Source: Candidatus Micrarchaeota archaeon
GTDB taxonomy: Archaea > Micrarchaeota > Micrarchaeia > Anstonellales > Bilamarchaeaceae
NCBI GenBank assembly: GCA_038046765.1
Contig: JBBSVN010000002.1
Span: 57,929 to 121,928 of the forward strand
Direction of reading: 5' to 3'
DNA: 64,000 bases
Below the pieces are notes generated by a model. That model was not told the DNA's origin, made no database searches, and saw only the letters and a program-made list of their open reading frames with translations. A program made the position numbers and the translations under genes. This document shows positions 49,501-58,749 of the stretch, one piece after another. Positions within the stretch are counted from its first letter, which is position 1. Every line of letters begins with the position of its first letter.

Positions 49501-51927
49501 GCAGCAGTTACAGAAACTGGGGGCTGGGCTCTAGGAGGTTCTTACTCTAAACTTACTGGTACATTCGCAGGAGGAACAATGATTGCTCAACCGATTGGAA
49601 TAATAAAAGACGGAGGAGTAAGAACTGCTTTTGCAGGTTATCAGGATATTGATGAACAAACTGCACGTGGTATTGGTCAAGCAATAATAAATTCTAGGGA
49701 TGACCCTAAGAATCCCAAAAACCTTTTAATATCAGTAAATTATCAAAAAGCATCCCAAGGTACGGTTGGAACAACGAGATGGTTTTATGTTGATAAAGAG
49801 GGTACGATCTACGATTTAAAAGGTGGAATGAATACTTATATCGAGACTCTAAACTATGCTGCAGGATATCATGACAAAAATTTTAATGCGCCGGTTATTG
49901 TTGCATGGAATGTGGAACCTCTCATTAATCGGGGTGGAGGTGCAGTAGTTGCTGGAGAAGGAACACCTATATTAGTTCATGCTCAAGCAGTTCCATACAT
50001 TACTAAAAAAGGCGAAGCTCAACCTCTATTGTTAGAGTGGAATATTGCGGGCGCAACAACTACTCTTAAGACAGAAGATAAAACAAAAATACATCAATTA
50101 GGGTTCCCAGGTAAAATGCTAAGACTACTCCCAACTGGTAGCCCTGTACAAGAACCACAGTATGTTGTTCAAGGAATTGATTATACTATTACAGAGTATG
50201 AAGGAAAAAATGCATCTGAACTTAGCGTTGGTGGCAGTGTAGTAAAAGGACCAACTAATTATGGCGGAACTGGTGGTTTTTTAAGAAAAGTGCAAACACC
50301 CAGCAAAACTTATGGCTACGGTGCATCTTATGAAACTGGGCAAGCAGACCTTGCAGCATTATCTTTGTTACAGCAATCCCAACAAGCAAGAGAATATGTT
50401 GAAAGCATCCATAGAATAGGCTTACTTTTATATGGAAGCCAGACTGATTTAGATCCCGAGGGAAGAAGAAGGAAATTAAGATATGATGAATTTATAATGG
50501 GGGGGTTAGCTAGTGTTATGCCTCAAATAGCCAAACTACAAAATGGTAGCGATGATTATACTGCTTTCTATCGCGGTATAGGATATTTAAGGGGTTTAAA
50601 ATCTATTATAAAATTTGATGTTCAAAGAATGTCTCAATTAGATACTCTCTTAAGTGGTTATGATCGGACTGCGCAGTTAATAAGTCAAGATCCCACTCAA
50701 GCAAATAACTTACTTGATTCATTTAGAAAACAATACATCAGTCAATTTAAAACTATTTTAGATAGTTACTCATTGTCAATCCAAATTGATAAAGATTTTT
50801 CTCTTCAAGGAACATTGCTTGCAACTGAGCCAAATGGAAAAATTGCAAGCCAGTTTGATAATTTAACAAACATTTATGGTCGAGCATTGTACATTTGGGG
50901 AGACAATTTTATTAGACTGTTTGCATCGGTACCCGCATTTGGTGGTATTCAACAAACAACCCAACTTACTTCAAATCAACAGATTGGAGTAGCTGGGGCT
51001 GGTACTGGCTTTGGGGCATTAGACGGATTCTTTTTACAAAGAATAGCTCTTGATGTTGGAGCTGTGATTGCTGCGCAACAAGTCGGAACTCAAACAAAGG
51101 GTAGCAACATTGATACTGCAGGACTTTTTGCACAAGGTGCAGTAAGATTATACTCTAGTATAGCAGACGATGCGAAAAAATACTCTAGTGTAAAAATTTC
51201 ATATTCTAAGTATCTGGAAGCAATTGACAATAATCAGTATTCAAAAATAAGTTCTGACGCAATTGCGTTTATTGTTGAAAAAATCACATCCAAAGACTCT
51301 GACAGTAGGACAATTAGTGATCTTGTCCTTCAAAAAATAAAACAAGGTAACTTTGGTGAAGAACTAACTCCTAGTCAAAAATCTGAACTAAAAGAACAAC
51401 TTTGGGAATGGGTGCAGGATGAACTAAGCAAGGTAGAAACTGAGTTTAATGGCAAAACCAGGTCGTACTTGGCAGGTAGTGTATTCTTATTAGACAATAA
51501 AAAATCTTATTGGGATGCAGGAGCTTTCTTAGAATATGTGGGGAGGGTTCAAGCTTATTTCATAGCCGCTCAAAGAAGTGAAATTAATTTGTTTGCTGGT
51601 TTAGAAGTAATGGGTAAAAGAGGAACTGCAATAAATGTTGTTGGAAGTGCAACTGTTACTGGAAAATTTGAACTTGGAGGGGGAGTTTCAATTAGTTGGA
51701 AACCAGATGAAGATAGTAAGTTAGCATTAACCGGTCTAGTTCGATCTTCTAACCCACAAAACTATTCGGCACCTTACCTAATAAGTCCCGGTTCACCAGG
51801 TAATGCGGGAGTTAGTATATTTATTACTTATACTAAAGGTAGTGGCGGATTAACTCCTGAAGCAGCAAAACAAAGAGCCGAAGGACCAATTACAAATGCA
51901 AATGTATTTGATACTTACCCTAGATAA
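46507..51927 (+). CDS. Giant exported protein (1806 aa): helical N-half, Pro-rich linker, Gly/aromatic amphipathic beta-strand C-half
   Basis: GGTGA RBS; leader ending …MTAQA-Q; many alternating-pattern strands from aa ~965. Confidence 0.85.
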   Translation: MVRFKKFISVSVALANSVLSFSPSFKRFASPEYIMTAQAQPIEGVETKTTQVENKTTQLAKDALRKIGEFAITGNNKDQVSRSFDDGDKKPGFREEFKKLINEPPTGKVEDKETDAIKNLRSLYVAIFSDNPGNIHYLLDALDSAHRILSNSRPSSQVPDFTKSIEEQKQEKFNHIKINYYGQIQLFLDFVSLQRLPKELNILLNSKRPTEEVQKIPSYKLGQLYLIASFNFHNLSLADRKESKDGQKYYAVLDALYTYKDQSEFKKGFTDKATIEKLGVFDSFTAFSTVLSERYTYYKEKESEKLRTKQRSSSPESFHEYLRLGFDQREMQDIKPTKRTINTKSIENQVIIDLTKKLGIIGVPEDATQQVRLEALTDSIKTLFKTNDQNAILITEALLKVYAGLEETDEINFINFIQKSGASVKSSIARSLELNYNTKGQTTPTKIVRQTFETWQKIEDQKVTAREETEKELKRYSLYIQTNTAQFFIADFEQSPGGRSLENITKRYDFIQVKLKYLSGEETKNAKEIKSLESERANLYGWVFGLGIQLQEGEKPSTKNYLSGLKGIFSTIEKAYYFNPPSANLSALLDGLESNTKLSLIARKYVLKLDSNVAGMFTELDISSKDFSIQLGKKMSEKSSEEKQKEAQKTWTEIYYPYGLTLPSVQSQTGLTTPQQQAQLSKVQLSAPSLAEITAYGQLANLTYLQKEAFYEYVQQAQRAGIESLEEKTLVTNTLVKLNAINPFLTVKYLYAIKHIAELTKDNPNAYFETLVSLSANISALTRSLFDPTGTTQYTPLEIRTIISTINNAFEDILKIDASAMSVFTRYNLLDRNLFIDPNPPHAIRQRPPLWKYPITAGQDAITGISPPYPFPNYLLNVPYQPGFANLGGVYNSTYGGSVTLPQFNMFQLTPGAGIVKASVENYISPTHPILGISEYLPRTYISPISYTELIKKINQAFISTEPGSYGGRRIGTSLGGGLIGTGAKELEDLQWGGGALGAAVTETGGWALGGSYSKLTGTFAGGTMIAQPIGIIKDGGVRTAFAGYQDIDEQTARGIGQAIINSRDDPKNPKNLLISVNYQKASQGTVGTTRWFYVDKEGTIYDLKGGMNTYIETLNYAAGYHDKNFNAPVIVAWNVEPLINRGGGAVVAGEGTPILVHAQAVPYITKKGEAQPLLLEWNIAGATTTLKTEDKTKIHQLGFPGKMLRLLPTGSPVQEPQYVVQGIDYTITEYEGKNASELSVGGSVVKGPTNYGGTGGFLRKVQTPSKTYGYGASYETGQADLAALSLLQQSQQAREYVESIHRIGLLLYGSQTDLDPEGRRRKLRYDEFIMGGLASVMPQIAKLQNGSDDYTAFYRGIGYLRGLKSIIKFDVQRMSQLDTLLSGYDRTAQLISQDPTQANNLLDSFRKQYISQFKTILDSYSLSIQIDKDFSLQGTLLATEPNGKIASQFDNLTNIYGRALYIWGDNFIRLFASVPAFGGIQQTTQLTSNQQIGVAGAGTGFGALDGFFLQRIALDVGAVIAAQQVGTQTKGSNIDTAGLFAQGAVRLYSSIADDAKKYSSVKISYSKYLEAIDNNQYSKISSDAIAFIVEKITSKDSDSRTISDLVLQKIKQGNFGEELTPSQKSELKEQLWEWVQDELSKVETEFNGKTRSYLAGSVFLLDNKKSYWDAGAFLEYVGRVQAYFIAAQRSEINLFAGLEVMGKRGTAINVVGSATVTGKFELGGGVSISWKPDEDSKLALTGLVRSSNPQNYSAPYLISPGSPGNAGVSIFITYTKGSGGLTPEAAKQRAEGPITNANVFDTYPR

Positions 51928-51946
51928 AAATAGCAAGGTGGTTTGG

Positions 51947-52363
51947 TTGAAATTAGAATTTTTAGATTTTGAAACATGTGAAGTAAGGAAAGTTAGTCAA
52001 CCCGTATTAGAATCAATAGATACTAATATTTCAATAAATATGGCCACGCTCGAAAAAAATGTTCTAAAACTTGAATTTCTATATTCAACAAAATACGCTC
52101 CTGGGGGAGGTTTCATTCGGATTTCTGGTAAAGCCGACTTTAGCGGTTCAGAATCAAAAGTCGCATATGAAGAATGGAAAAAAACAAAACAAATAATGGG
52201 GGTTCTTGGAGAACAAATTGTTAATACTATTAATTATAGTGCCTCAATAAATGCAGCCTTCATTGCACGTGTATTTAATCTAACTCCTCCCATAGTCCCA
52301 CCTACAATAAGGTTTCAACAGCCAGTAAAGCAAATGATGCCAGCAGGTAAAAGTAAAAAATAG
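51947..52363 (+). CDS. Hypothetical protein, SecB-like fold suspected
   Basis: Four strands plus a helix and terminal NLTPPIVPP. TTG start after AGGTGG. Fold call is inference. Confidence 0.65.
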   Translation: MKLEFLDFETCEVRKVSQPVLESIDTNISINMATLEKNVLKLEFLYSTKYAPGGGFIRISGKADFSGSESKVAYEEWKKTKQIMGVLGEQIVNTINYSASINAAFIARVFNLTPPIVPPTIRFQQPVKQMMPAGKSKK

Positions 52364-52375
52364 CGTGAAAAACCT

Positions 52376-53089
52376 ATGTCACAACTTCCTCCGCTTGGTG
52401 TCGATAAGGACAATCCAATCTTAAAAAAGAACAAGTTCTCAACGGGCATTAGTGACCTGGATATTGTAATGGAAGGAGGTTACTCAAATCCATCTAATAT
52501 TCTTCTTATAGGTCCAACCGGAATGGAAAAAAGTGCAATGGCATTTAGTTTTGCTGCATCTAAACTAGAAAATGAAATACTAATTTTTATTACAACTGAT
52601 GCAAATGCACAAACAATAAAAGAAAAAGCGGCTTCAATAGGAATTAAGTTACCTAAAGACACTATCTTTATTGATTGTTACACTAATAATACAAATGCGC
52701 TTCCAGAACAAGAAAACATTCTTTACATGGGCGGAGCAAGTGCATTAGAAGATTTTTCCGTAACAATAAAAGAAATTCTAGAAAAGAACATTGGTAAAAA
52801 ATTCAGGGTAGTTTTCCACACATTTTCAACATTTCTTCTTTACAATAATAAAGATTCAATGCTAAAATTTCTCCAGGTTGTCGGGGGCAGACTTAAAAAT
52901 GCAAATGCTACAACCTTGATTTTAGTAGAAGAAGGTGTTCATGACAAGCAACTTATTAGTACGATTCTGCGTTATGTAGATGAACCTATAAGTCTTGTAG
53001 ATAAGGGGGCAGGTGCATTTAGTATTGACTTTCAAAATGGTCTGCAATTACCAGTTAAACTTGGATTAAATGGGATTAATGTAATATAA
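52376..53089 (+). CDS. KaiC/RAD55-family RecA-fold ATPase (degenerate motifs)
   Basis: STGISDLDIVMEGG, LIGPTGMEKS, RVVFHTFST. Confidence 0.88.
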   Translation: MSQLPPLGVDKDNPILKKNKFSTGISDLDIVMEGGYSNPSNILLIGPTGMEKSAMAFSFAASKLENEILIFITTDANAQTIKEKAASIGIKLPKDTIFIDCYTNNTNALPEQENILYMGGASALEDFSVTIKEILEKNIGKKFRVVFHTFSTFLLYNNKDSMLKFLQVVGGRLKNANATTLILVEEGVHDKQLISTILRYVDEPISLVDKGAGAFSIDFQNGLQLPVKLGLNGINVI

Positions 53090-53128
53090 TCTTTGATGCA
53101 TATAATTCTTTGATGGGTTGATAAATAA

Positions 53129-53467
53129 ATGGACGAAATAAATACTGCGTTTATTGAAAATGTTTTAAATGAGCTTAAAGATAAGGAGATACGCTCTGCG
53201 CTTATAAGACAGGATGGCTTAATCATCTCCTCAAATTTTGCGCTTGAAGAAGCAGGAGCAAATGTTGTCTCAACAATTGTAAACACCAGTGATGCACTTT
53301 TAAAACAATTTAAGGATAAACAGAAGGAAATGGAAATTGTCCTTGGTAGCACTTCCTTTTTTGTCGTTCATACTGGCACCTTTATACTCTGTACTATACT
53401 AAAAAACAAGGATCAGAAACAATTTGTGCGCGATTACGTAATTAAACTTAAAACTGAATTAAAATAA
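53129..53467 (+). CDS. Roadblock/LC7-like protein
   Basis: VLNELKDKEIRSALIRQDGLIISSNF. Confidence 0.8.
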   Translation: MDEINTAFIENVLNELKDKEIRSALIRQDGLIISSNFALEEAGANVVSTIVNTSDALLKQFKDKQKEMEIVLGSTSFFVVHTGTFILCTILKNKDQKQFVRDYVIKLKTELK

Positions 53468-53497
53468 TTTTTATAGAACAAATTATCTGGTCTTATT

Positions 53498-54826
53498 ATG
53501 TTAAACGAAAGCAAATTCTCACATTTTTTTTCAAAATATGATTACGCCGATATACGCGTAGAATCATCGGTAAGTGATTCCATATCCTTTGCAGACGAGG
53601 AGCTAAAATTAGTTTCTGGGCAAAGCAAAGGGATATGTGTTAGGGTTCTAGTTAATGATTCCTGGGGGTTTGCTTCCAGTAATAACCAAAAAGATTTTGA
53701 TGACATGGGAAATCTTTTTAACAAAGCAGAAAAGCTTGCAAAAATTGAAAAAAGCAATATTCGACTAACTGACATTCCTATTACGAATAAAAAAGTAAAA
53801 AAAGAATACAAATATATCGAGCCAGAACAAAAACTAAAAGAAATTCGTGATGCCTTAAATGGGGTCGAAGGCCAATATATAAAGAATAAAATGCTTTCTT
53901 ATTATGATCAGGTTATTAAAAAAGAATTCTACAGTAGTGCTGGTAGTTTAATTCATCAAGAGATAAATTATGGCTATCTAAGTTGCAGTGCAATTGCAAA
54001 ATACAATGATAAAATCTTAAAGGGAAGTAGCAGACAGGCATCAATATCTGGTTTTAGCAAAATCGATTGCGAAAAAGTTTGTCTGGAAGCTAAAGAAAAG
54101 GCAGAACGTTTAATTAATGCAGTCGCTCCTCCAAAGGGGCGGTTTGTTGTTATTATGGATAATGAAATGACTGGGGTGTTTTCTCACGAAGCACTTGGAC
54201 ACGCTAGCGAGGCAGATGGGGTTATCGATCGGGAGTCAATACTTGTTGAAAAATTAAATAAGAAAATCGGAAATGAAAATGTAAACATAACTGATGACCC
54301 GACTGCAAATGATTTTGGCTACTATGCTTATGATGATGAAGGCGTAAAAGCACAAAAAACTCCCCTTGTTAAAAACGGCGTACTTGTAAATTATCTTAAT
54401 TCATTAGAAACTTCTGCAAAATTAAAGATACTTCAAAACGGTCATGCGCGCGCTATGGACTACTCTTCATTTCCAATCGTTCGGATGAGCAACACATATT
54501 TTCAGCCCGGCTCTGATAACATTGAAGATATTTTTGATGTTAAGCATGCTATTTATGTTAAAGGGATGAAAGGTGGAAGTGTTGATACCTTTAGTGGCGG
54601 ATTTATGTTCAAATCCGAAGAAGCGTGGGAAATCGTTAACGGGGAGAAGAAAAATTTCCTTAGCGATGTAACTCTAAGCGGGAATGTCTTAGAAACACTA
54701 AACAATGTTGAACTAATCGGAAAAGATTTTGGCTCTTCCCCTGGTATTTGCGGTAAATTTATGCAAAGCGTTGAAGTTAGTGATGGCGGTCCACACGTTA
54801 GGGTTAAGCAGTTGATGGTTGGGTAA
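53498..54826 (+). CDS. tldD: TldD family metalloprotease
   Basis: YADIRVE, WGFAS, HEALGHASEAD, YDDEG, RMSNTY, CGK..Q...VSDGGP. Confidence 0.93.
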   Translation: MLNESKFSHFFSKYDYADIRVESSVSDSISFADEELKLVSGQSKGICVRVLVNDSWGFASSNNQKDFDDMGNLFNKAEKLAKIEKSNIRLTDIPITNKKVKKEYKYIEPEQKLKEIRDALNGVEGQYIKNKMLSYYDQVIKKEFYSSAGSLIHQEINYGYLSCSAIAKYNDKILKGSSRQASISGFSKIDCEKVCLEAKEKAERLINAVAPPKGRFVVIMDNEMTGVFSHEALGHASEADGVIDRESILVEKLNKKIGNENVNITDDPTANDFGYYAYDDEGVKAQKTPLVKNGVLVNYLNSLETSAKLKILQNGHARAMDYSSFPIVRMSNTYFQPGSDNIEDIFDVKHAIYVKGMKGGSVDTFSGGFMFKSEEAWEIVNGEKKNFLSDVTLSGNVLETLNNVELIGKDFGSSPGICGKFMQSVEVSDGGPHVRVKQLMVG

Positions 54827-54833
54827 TTAGGTT

Positions 54834-55982
54834 ATGCTTTTCTTTTTCCTAGGTATCTTAGCTGGTTTAATATTTGGATTGCTACCCGGTATGCATTCGA
54901 ACACAATCATTTCTCTTTTAACCCCGCTTGGTTTAGCTGGGGGAGATTTTTCTTTATTTATCCTTGGTTTAGTTCCAGCACATATTGTAAGTTCGTTTAT
55001 TCCGTCAATATTTGTAGGTGTTCCTGAAGAAGAAACTGTCATGTCCATGCTCGCGGGTCAGAAAATGCTCGCTCAAGGCGAAGGATTAGTTGCGTTAAAA
55101 ACTGTGTTGTTTTCAACCGTTGTTGCAACGTTACTTTCGATTTTTCTATTCTATTTTTCACTTGGACTGATACCTAAAGTTTATTCTACAATTAGGGAGT
55201 TTATTCCATATGTTGTTCTTTTTTTATCTATTTTCTTTGTTCTTCGTACTAAAAATCCGCTTCTTTCAGTAGCTGTATTTGTTGCATCTGGAGTTGTCGG
55301 ATATTATTCATTAAATTCTGGAATTAGCGATGTTTTTCTTCCTCTTTTTTCTGGGCTTTTTGCTATTGGGGGAATTCTTAATTATTCTAAGTCTAAAATT
55401 CCTCAACAAATTGATAAACCATTATCTACTGATTTTCTTAAGTTTACTGTTGCAGGAGTAATCCTAGGTATGTTTTCCGATATCCTGCCAGCAGTTAGTT
55501 CGCCTTCACAAATTTCTTCATTTATTTCTGCATTTATGCCGATGCAAACGATTGGCTTTTTAGCAACGAGTTCATCGATAATTGCGTCACGGGAAATCTT
55601 TTCTTTTGCAAGTAGTGCAACAATTGATAAAGCTAGAAATGGAAGTACAATTGCACTTTCTAAACTAATAAATATTCCAGATAACCTTCTATTAGTCCTT
55701 TCGCTTTTTGGTATTTCAATTGCTGTTTCTGCATTCTTATTATTCAGGTATCGCAAAGTTTTTGTCGAAGCTTCAAAATTAGATTTTTCTAAAATTAATT
55801 TAATTATTGCATTTTACCTGTTTTCAATTGTTTATATTATTGATGGATTTACTGGAATAATTATTTTTTTACTAGCGAGTGCAATTGGTTTTCTTACGAT
55901 CAGGCTAAATGTTGAGCGTACTAATATGATGGGAAGTATAATATTGCCAACGTTGCTGCTTTTGTTTAGGGTTTTTCTATAA
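54834..55982 (+). CDS. TctA-like (DUF112) multi-pass membrane protein
   Basis: GLLPGMHSNT, FIPSIFVGVPEE; about 11 TM segments. Confidence 0.85.
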   Translation: MLFFFLGILAGLIFGLLPGMHSNTIISLLTPLGLAGGDFSLFILGLVPAHIVSSFIPSIFVGVPEEETVMSMLAGQKMLAQGEGLVALKTVLFSTVVATLLSIFLFYFSLGLIPKVYSTIREFIPYVVLFLSIFFVLRTKNPLLSVAVFVASGVVGYYSLNSGISDVFLPLFSGLFAIGGILNYSKSKIPQQIDKPLSTDFLKFTVAGVILGMFSDILPAVSSPSQISSFISAFMPMQTIGFLATSSSIIASREIFSFASSATIDKARNGSTIALSKLINIPDNLLLVLSLFGISIAVSAFLLFRYRKVFVEASKLDFSKINLIIAFYLFSIVYIIDGFTGIIIFLLASAIGFLTIRLNVERTNMMGSIILPTLLLLFRVFL

Positions 55983-56000
55983 AGCTCCCTGTTCGCTTCG

Positions 56001-56903
56001 TTAGTCAAAAATAGCTGCTTTAAGTATTTTATAATAACAAGCTACTGTAAACGTCATTATCTGGTCGATTGTGTTCTTGGGTAAAGTTTCTGTTCCTTTA
56101 TCTACTGCAAATTTTCTAGCTTCTGCAACGCTAAATTCAGGATTATCCACTGTTTGAGGATGGCTTAAAACACTAAATCCTGGTATATCTTCAACAAGCC
56201 CTCCTAAGTCCAATCTTGTTAGTGCTGTCGCCTTTTTTAAATCATAAATTATTCGAAGGACTCTTGCTATTGATATCCCTTTATCATTTATCCACTGTGC
56301 TATAGCAGGAAAGGAGGTTATTGCATCCAAATCTATTGTGAGATGGGACATATTTCGGAGTGCAAAAATCTCTTTTCTTGGCATTAACTCTTTTTCTACT
56401 TTAGGTTCGCCCCTAACAACTGTTATCATTTTGTTTTGTGCCAACATTGTTACTCCTAAATATTTTTTTCTCTCGTGCGAAAAACGCATGTGATTGCCAC
56501 AGTGTATCTGCTTTCCCATTCCAAAATCTTCATGACCATCTATATTAACTTTCATTATTCTATCTATTCCTTCTCTTAAATCGAAATAATATGAAAGATG
56601 ATGCATTGACCCATCTCCCCAAATAAGTGTTGCATTTTCTATGTTTATTTTTTCTACTGCAAGAATTAAATCTTCAAACACTTCCCGTCTTTTTCTTACC
56701 TCTAAATAAAAGTTATCGTTCCTTATACCTGTTCTTAGTTGCTCAATAGGACTAGGTAAAAGTAATTTTATAAATTCCAGTTCATTAGTGGGAGCGAATT
56801 CTCTTAATTTCTCAACTAATAAGCAATTAGCCTGTGTTGGTACAAAGTAAACCCTTCTTGATAAAAAAGATTGGGGTTTTTGTAATTGAGCTGTTATGGA
56901 CAT
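56001..56903 (-). CDS. Arginase/ureohydrolase-fold protein (divergent)
   Basis: WGDGSMHHLSY, NIDGHED, CGNH, HLTIDLDAI metal motifs. Confidence 0.75.
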   Translation of the reverse strand: MSITAQLQKPQSFLSRRVYFVPTQANCLLVEKLREFAPTNELEFIKLLLPSPIEQLRTGIRNDNFYLEVRKRREVFEDLILAVEKINIENATLIWGDGSMHHLSYYFDLREGIDRIMKVNIDGHEDFGMGKQIHCGNHMRFSHERKKYLGVTMLAQNKMITVVRGEPKVEKELMPRKEIFALRNMSHLTIDLDAITSFPAIAQWINDKGISIARVLRIIYDLKKATALTRLDLGGLVEDIPGFSVLSHPQTVDNPEFSVAEARKFAVDKGTETLPKNTIDQIMTFTVACYYKILKAAIFD

Positions 56904-56920
56904 AAAACGCCAAGTCCTAA

Positions 56921-57829
56921 TTAAAGTCTTAACAATTCCTGATACTGACTAAATTGTTGATCTATTTTTTGTATATTTGTATTAACTAATCCTTCTACTG
57001 AAAAATCGCTTACAGCTAATGACCCCATTACTGTTGCGTAACCAATAGCTGTTTTTAGTTGCCCGATTGTCGGATTGCTTGCATCTAGTTTAGAAAGCGT
57101 ACCAATAAACCCGCCAGCAAAAGAATCCCCTGCTCCGTTTGGGTCAACAATATTTTCTAATGGAAATGCTGGGAACGGATAAATCTTTTTTTCATAGTAT
57201 AATAAGCAACCATGTTCTCCTTTTTTTAGTATTATTATTTTAGGACCAAGTTCTGCAATTTTATTTATGCATTTTACTAAGTTAGTTTCATCAGTTAATT
57301 TTCTAGCTTCTGCATCGTTTAAAACTATTCCATCAACCATGGAAATTGTTTCTAGTAAGTCGCTCTTGTAGTTTTCTATGTAAAATTCAATTGTATCCAT
57401 GAAAGAAAGTTTTTTGGTTATTACTTGCTTTAAAACATCTCTTTGACTAGCTGGCGGCATTGTTGCCAAATAAACAAATTCACTTTGCTTTGCCTCCTCT
57501 GTTACTTCTGGTTTAAAATCTGCTAGGACATTTAGGTCTGTTTTGTTTGTGTGTCTATGATAAAAATCAAATGAATACGTGCAGTCATAGTGAAATGTTT
57601 TTCCTTCTTTTTTTTGTATGCCGTTGACATCTGATCGCTTTGCTAATAAATCCCAATATTCTTGTGGAAAATCATTTCCTACTATTCCAGTTACATAAAC
57701 CTTAGAAAAAAAGCTTGCAGAAATTGAAAAGTAACTTACAGCACCGCCTAGAACGTTTTCTACAGTTTTAAACGGAGTTCGAGTTGTATCCAGTGCGATT
57801 GATCCGGAACATGTGATAGAAGAAGACAT
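56921..57829 (-). CDS. PfkB/ribokinase family kinase
   Basis: GSIALD, LGGA, KKGEHG, DPNGAGDSFAGGF. Confidence 0.94.
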   Translation of the reverse strand: MSSSITCSGSIALDTTRTPFKTVENVLGGAVSYFSISASFFSKVYVTGIVGNDFPQEYWDLLAKRSDVNGIQKKEGKTFHYDCTYSFDFYHRHTNKTDLNVLADFKPEVTEEAKQSEFVYLATMPPASQRDVLKQVITKKLSFMDTIEFYIENYKSDLLETISMVDGIVLNDAEARKLTDETNLVKCINKIAELGPKIIILKKGEHGCLLYYEKKIYPFPAFPLENIVDPNGAGDSFAGGFIGTLSKLDASNPTIGQLKTAIGYATVMGSLAVSDFSVEGLVNTNIQKIDQQFSQYQELLRL

Positions 57830-57984
57830 AAATAAGTATTTGCATAAAAAAGTTAAAAAAGTGGTTGCTAAAAAGAGTTTCGAAGTATTGTATATGTTAA
57901 TTCTAATGTAAAAGAATGGTTTATAAACACTTTGGTGATACTATTAGTTACTAAGAATATTGACTACTTAAAGGTGTATCATTT

Positions 57985-58749
57985 ATGAGTGCAGTACCAA
58001 ATCAAATTTATGTAAAAAAATTATTGAAAGTACAAGTTCGGGGAAAAACAAGGAATTTGTTGGTTCTTAGAGGCAATGAATCAACAAGACTATTTGATGC
58101 TCATCCTTTAGTAGAAGGATTTAATGTAGAACACGGGACTAAACTTAGAGTTGTGCCCTCCGGGGTAGCTGATGCAGCTCTACGTTCGCCAAAAATTTGG
58201 AATAATCAATACTTTGAATTCGTCACAAATGTAGCTATAGCTTTTGAAACACGTGGCGTAAAACTATGGAAAGAAATTGTATTCTGTTCTGGGGAAGGAG
58301 AAAGGGCAGTTCTTCTATCAACCGGCATGTATAAGGGCGAAAAAGATATTGCATTAGTAGCTATGGGTCTCAGTTCAGTTGATTTTCATAAGGATGGTGA
58401 TTATACTCTTTTAGATATCCCAGAAAATCGGTTAGTGGCTGTGCCAAACTTCCCTTTTGCAGTGAATGGAAATTATAATTTAGATCCTAAAACAGGAATA
58501 CCACATGGAATTGATGTTGGAGAAAGATCAGATTCCAGATTTCTGAGCAAAAATACGGAACGACCATATGTTGGTCTCTTAACTATGGGTGCGAGTGATG
58601 TATGTTTCCCTTACTACCACGCTTCTTATGGACGCGATAATTTGCTTGCGGTGGTAGCAGAAGTCCCGGAAGAGGATGTCAAGAAAATTGAGATTCTTCT
58701 TAACTTGACCCCCTCAAATCCTAGGCAAGTTGCCTGGCTGGTCAACTAA
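57985..58749 (+). CDS. Hypothetical protein, possible DGR-target-like (C-type lectin fold) family
   Basis: Clean ORF with AGGTG RBS. Family call rests on the recalled C-terminal pattern YVGLL…G…AVVAEV. Confidence 0.6.
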   Translation: MSAVPNQIYVKKLLKVQVRGKTRNLLVLRGNESTRLFDAHPLVEGFNVEHGTKLRVVPSGVADAALRSPKIWNNQYFEFVTNVAIAFETRGVKLWKEIVFCSGEGERAVLLSTGMYKGEKDIALVAMGLSSVDFHKDGDYTLLDIPENRLVAVPNFPFAVNGNYNLDPKTGIPHGIDVGERSDSRFLSKNTERPYVGLLTMGASDVCFPYYHASYGRDNLLAVVAEVPEEDVKKIEILLNLTPSNPRQVAWLVN

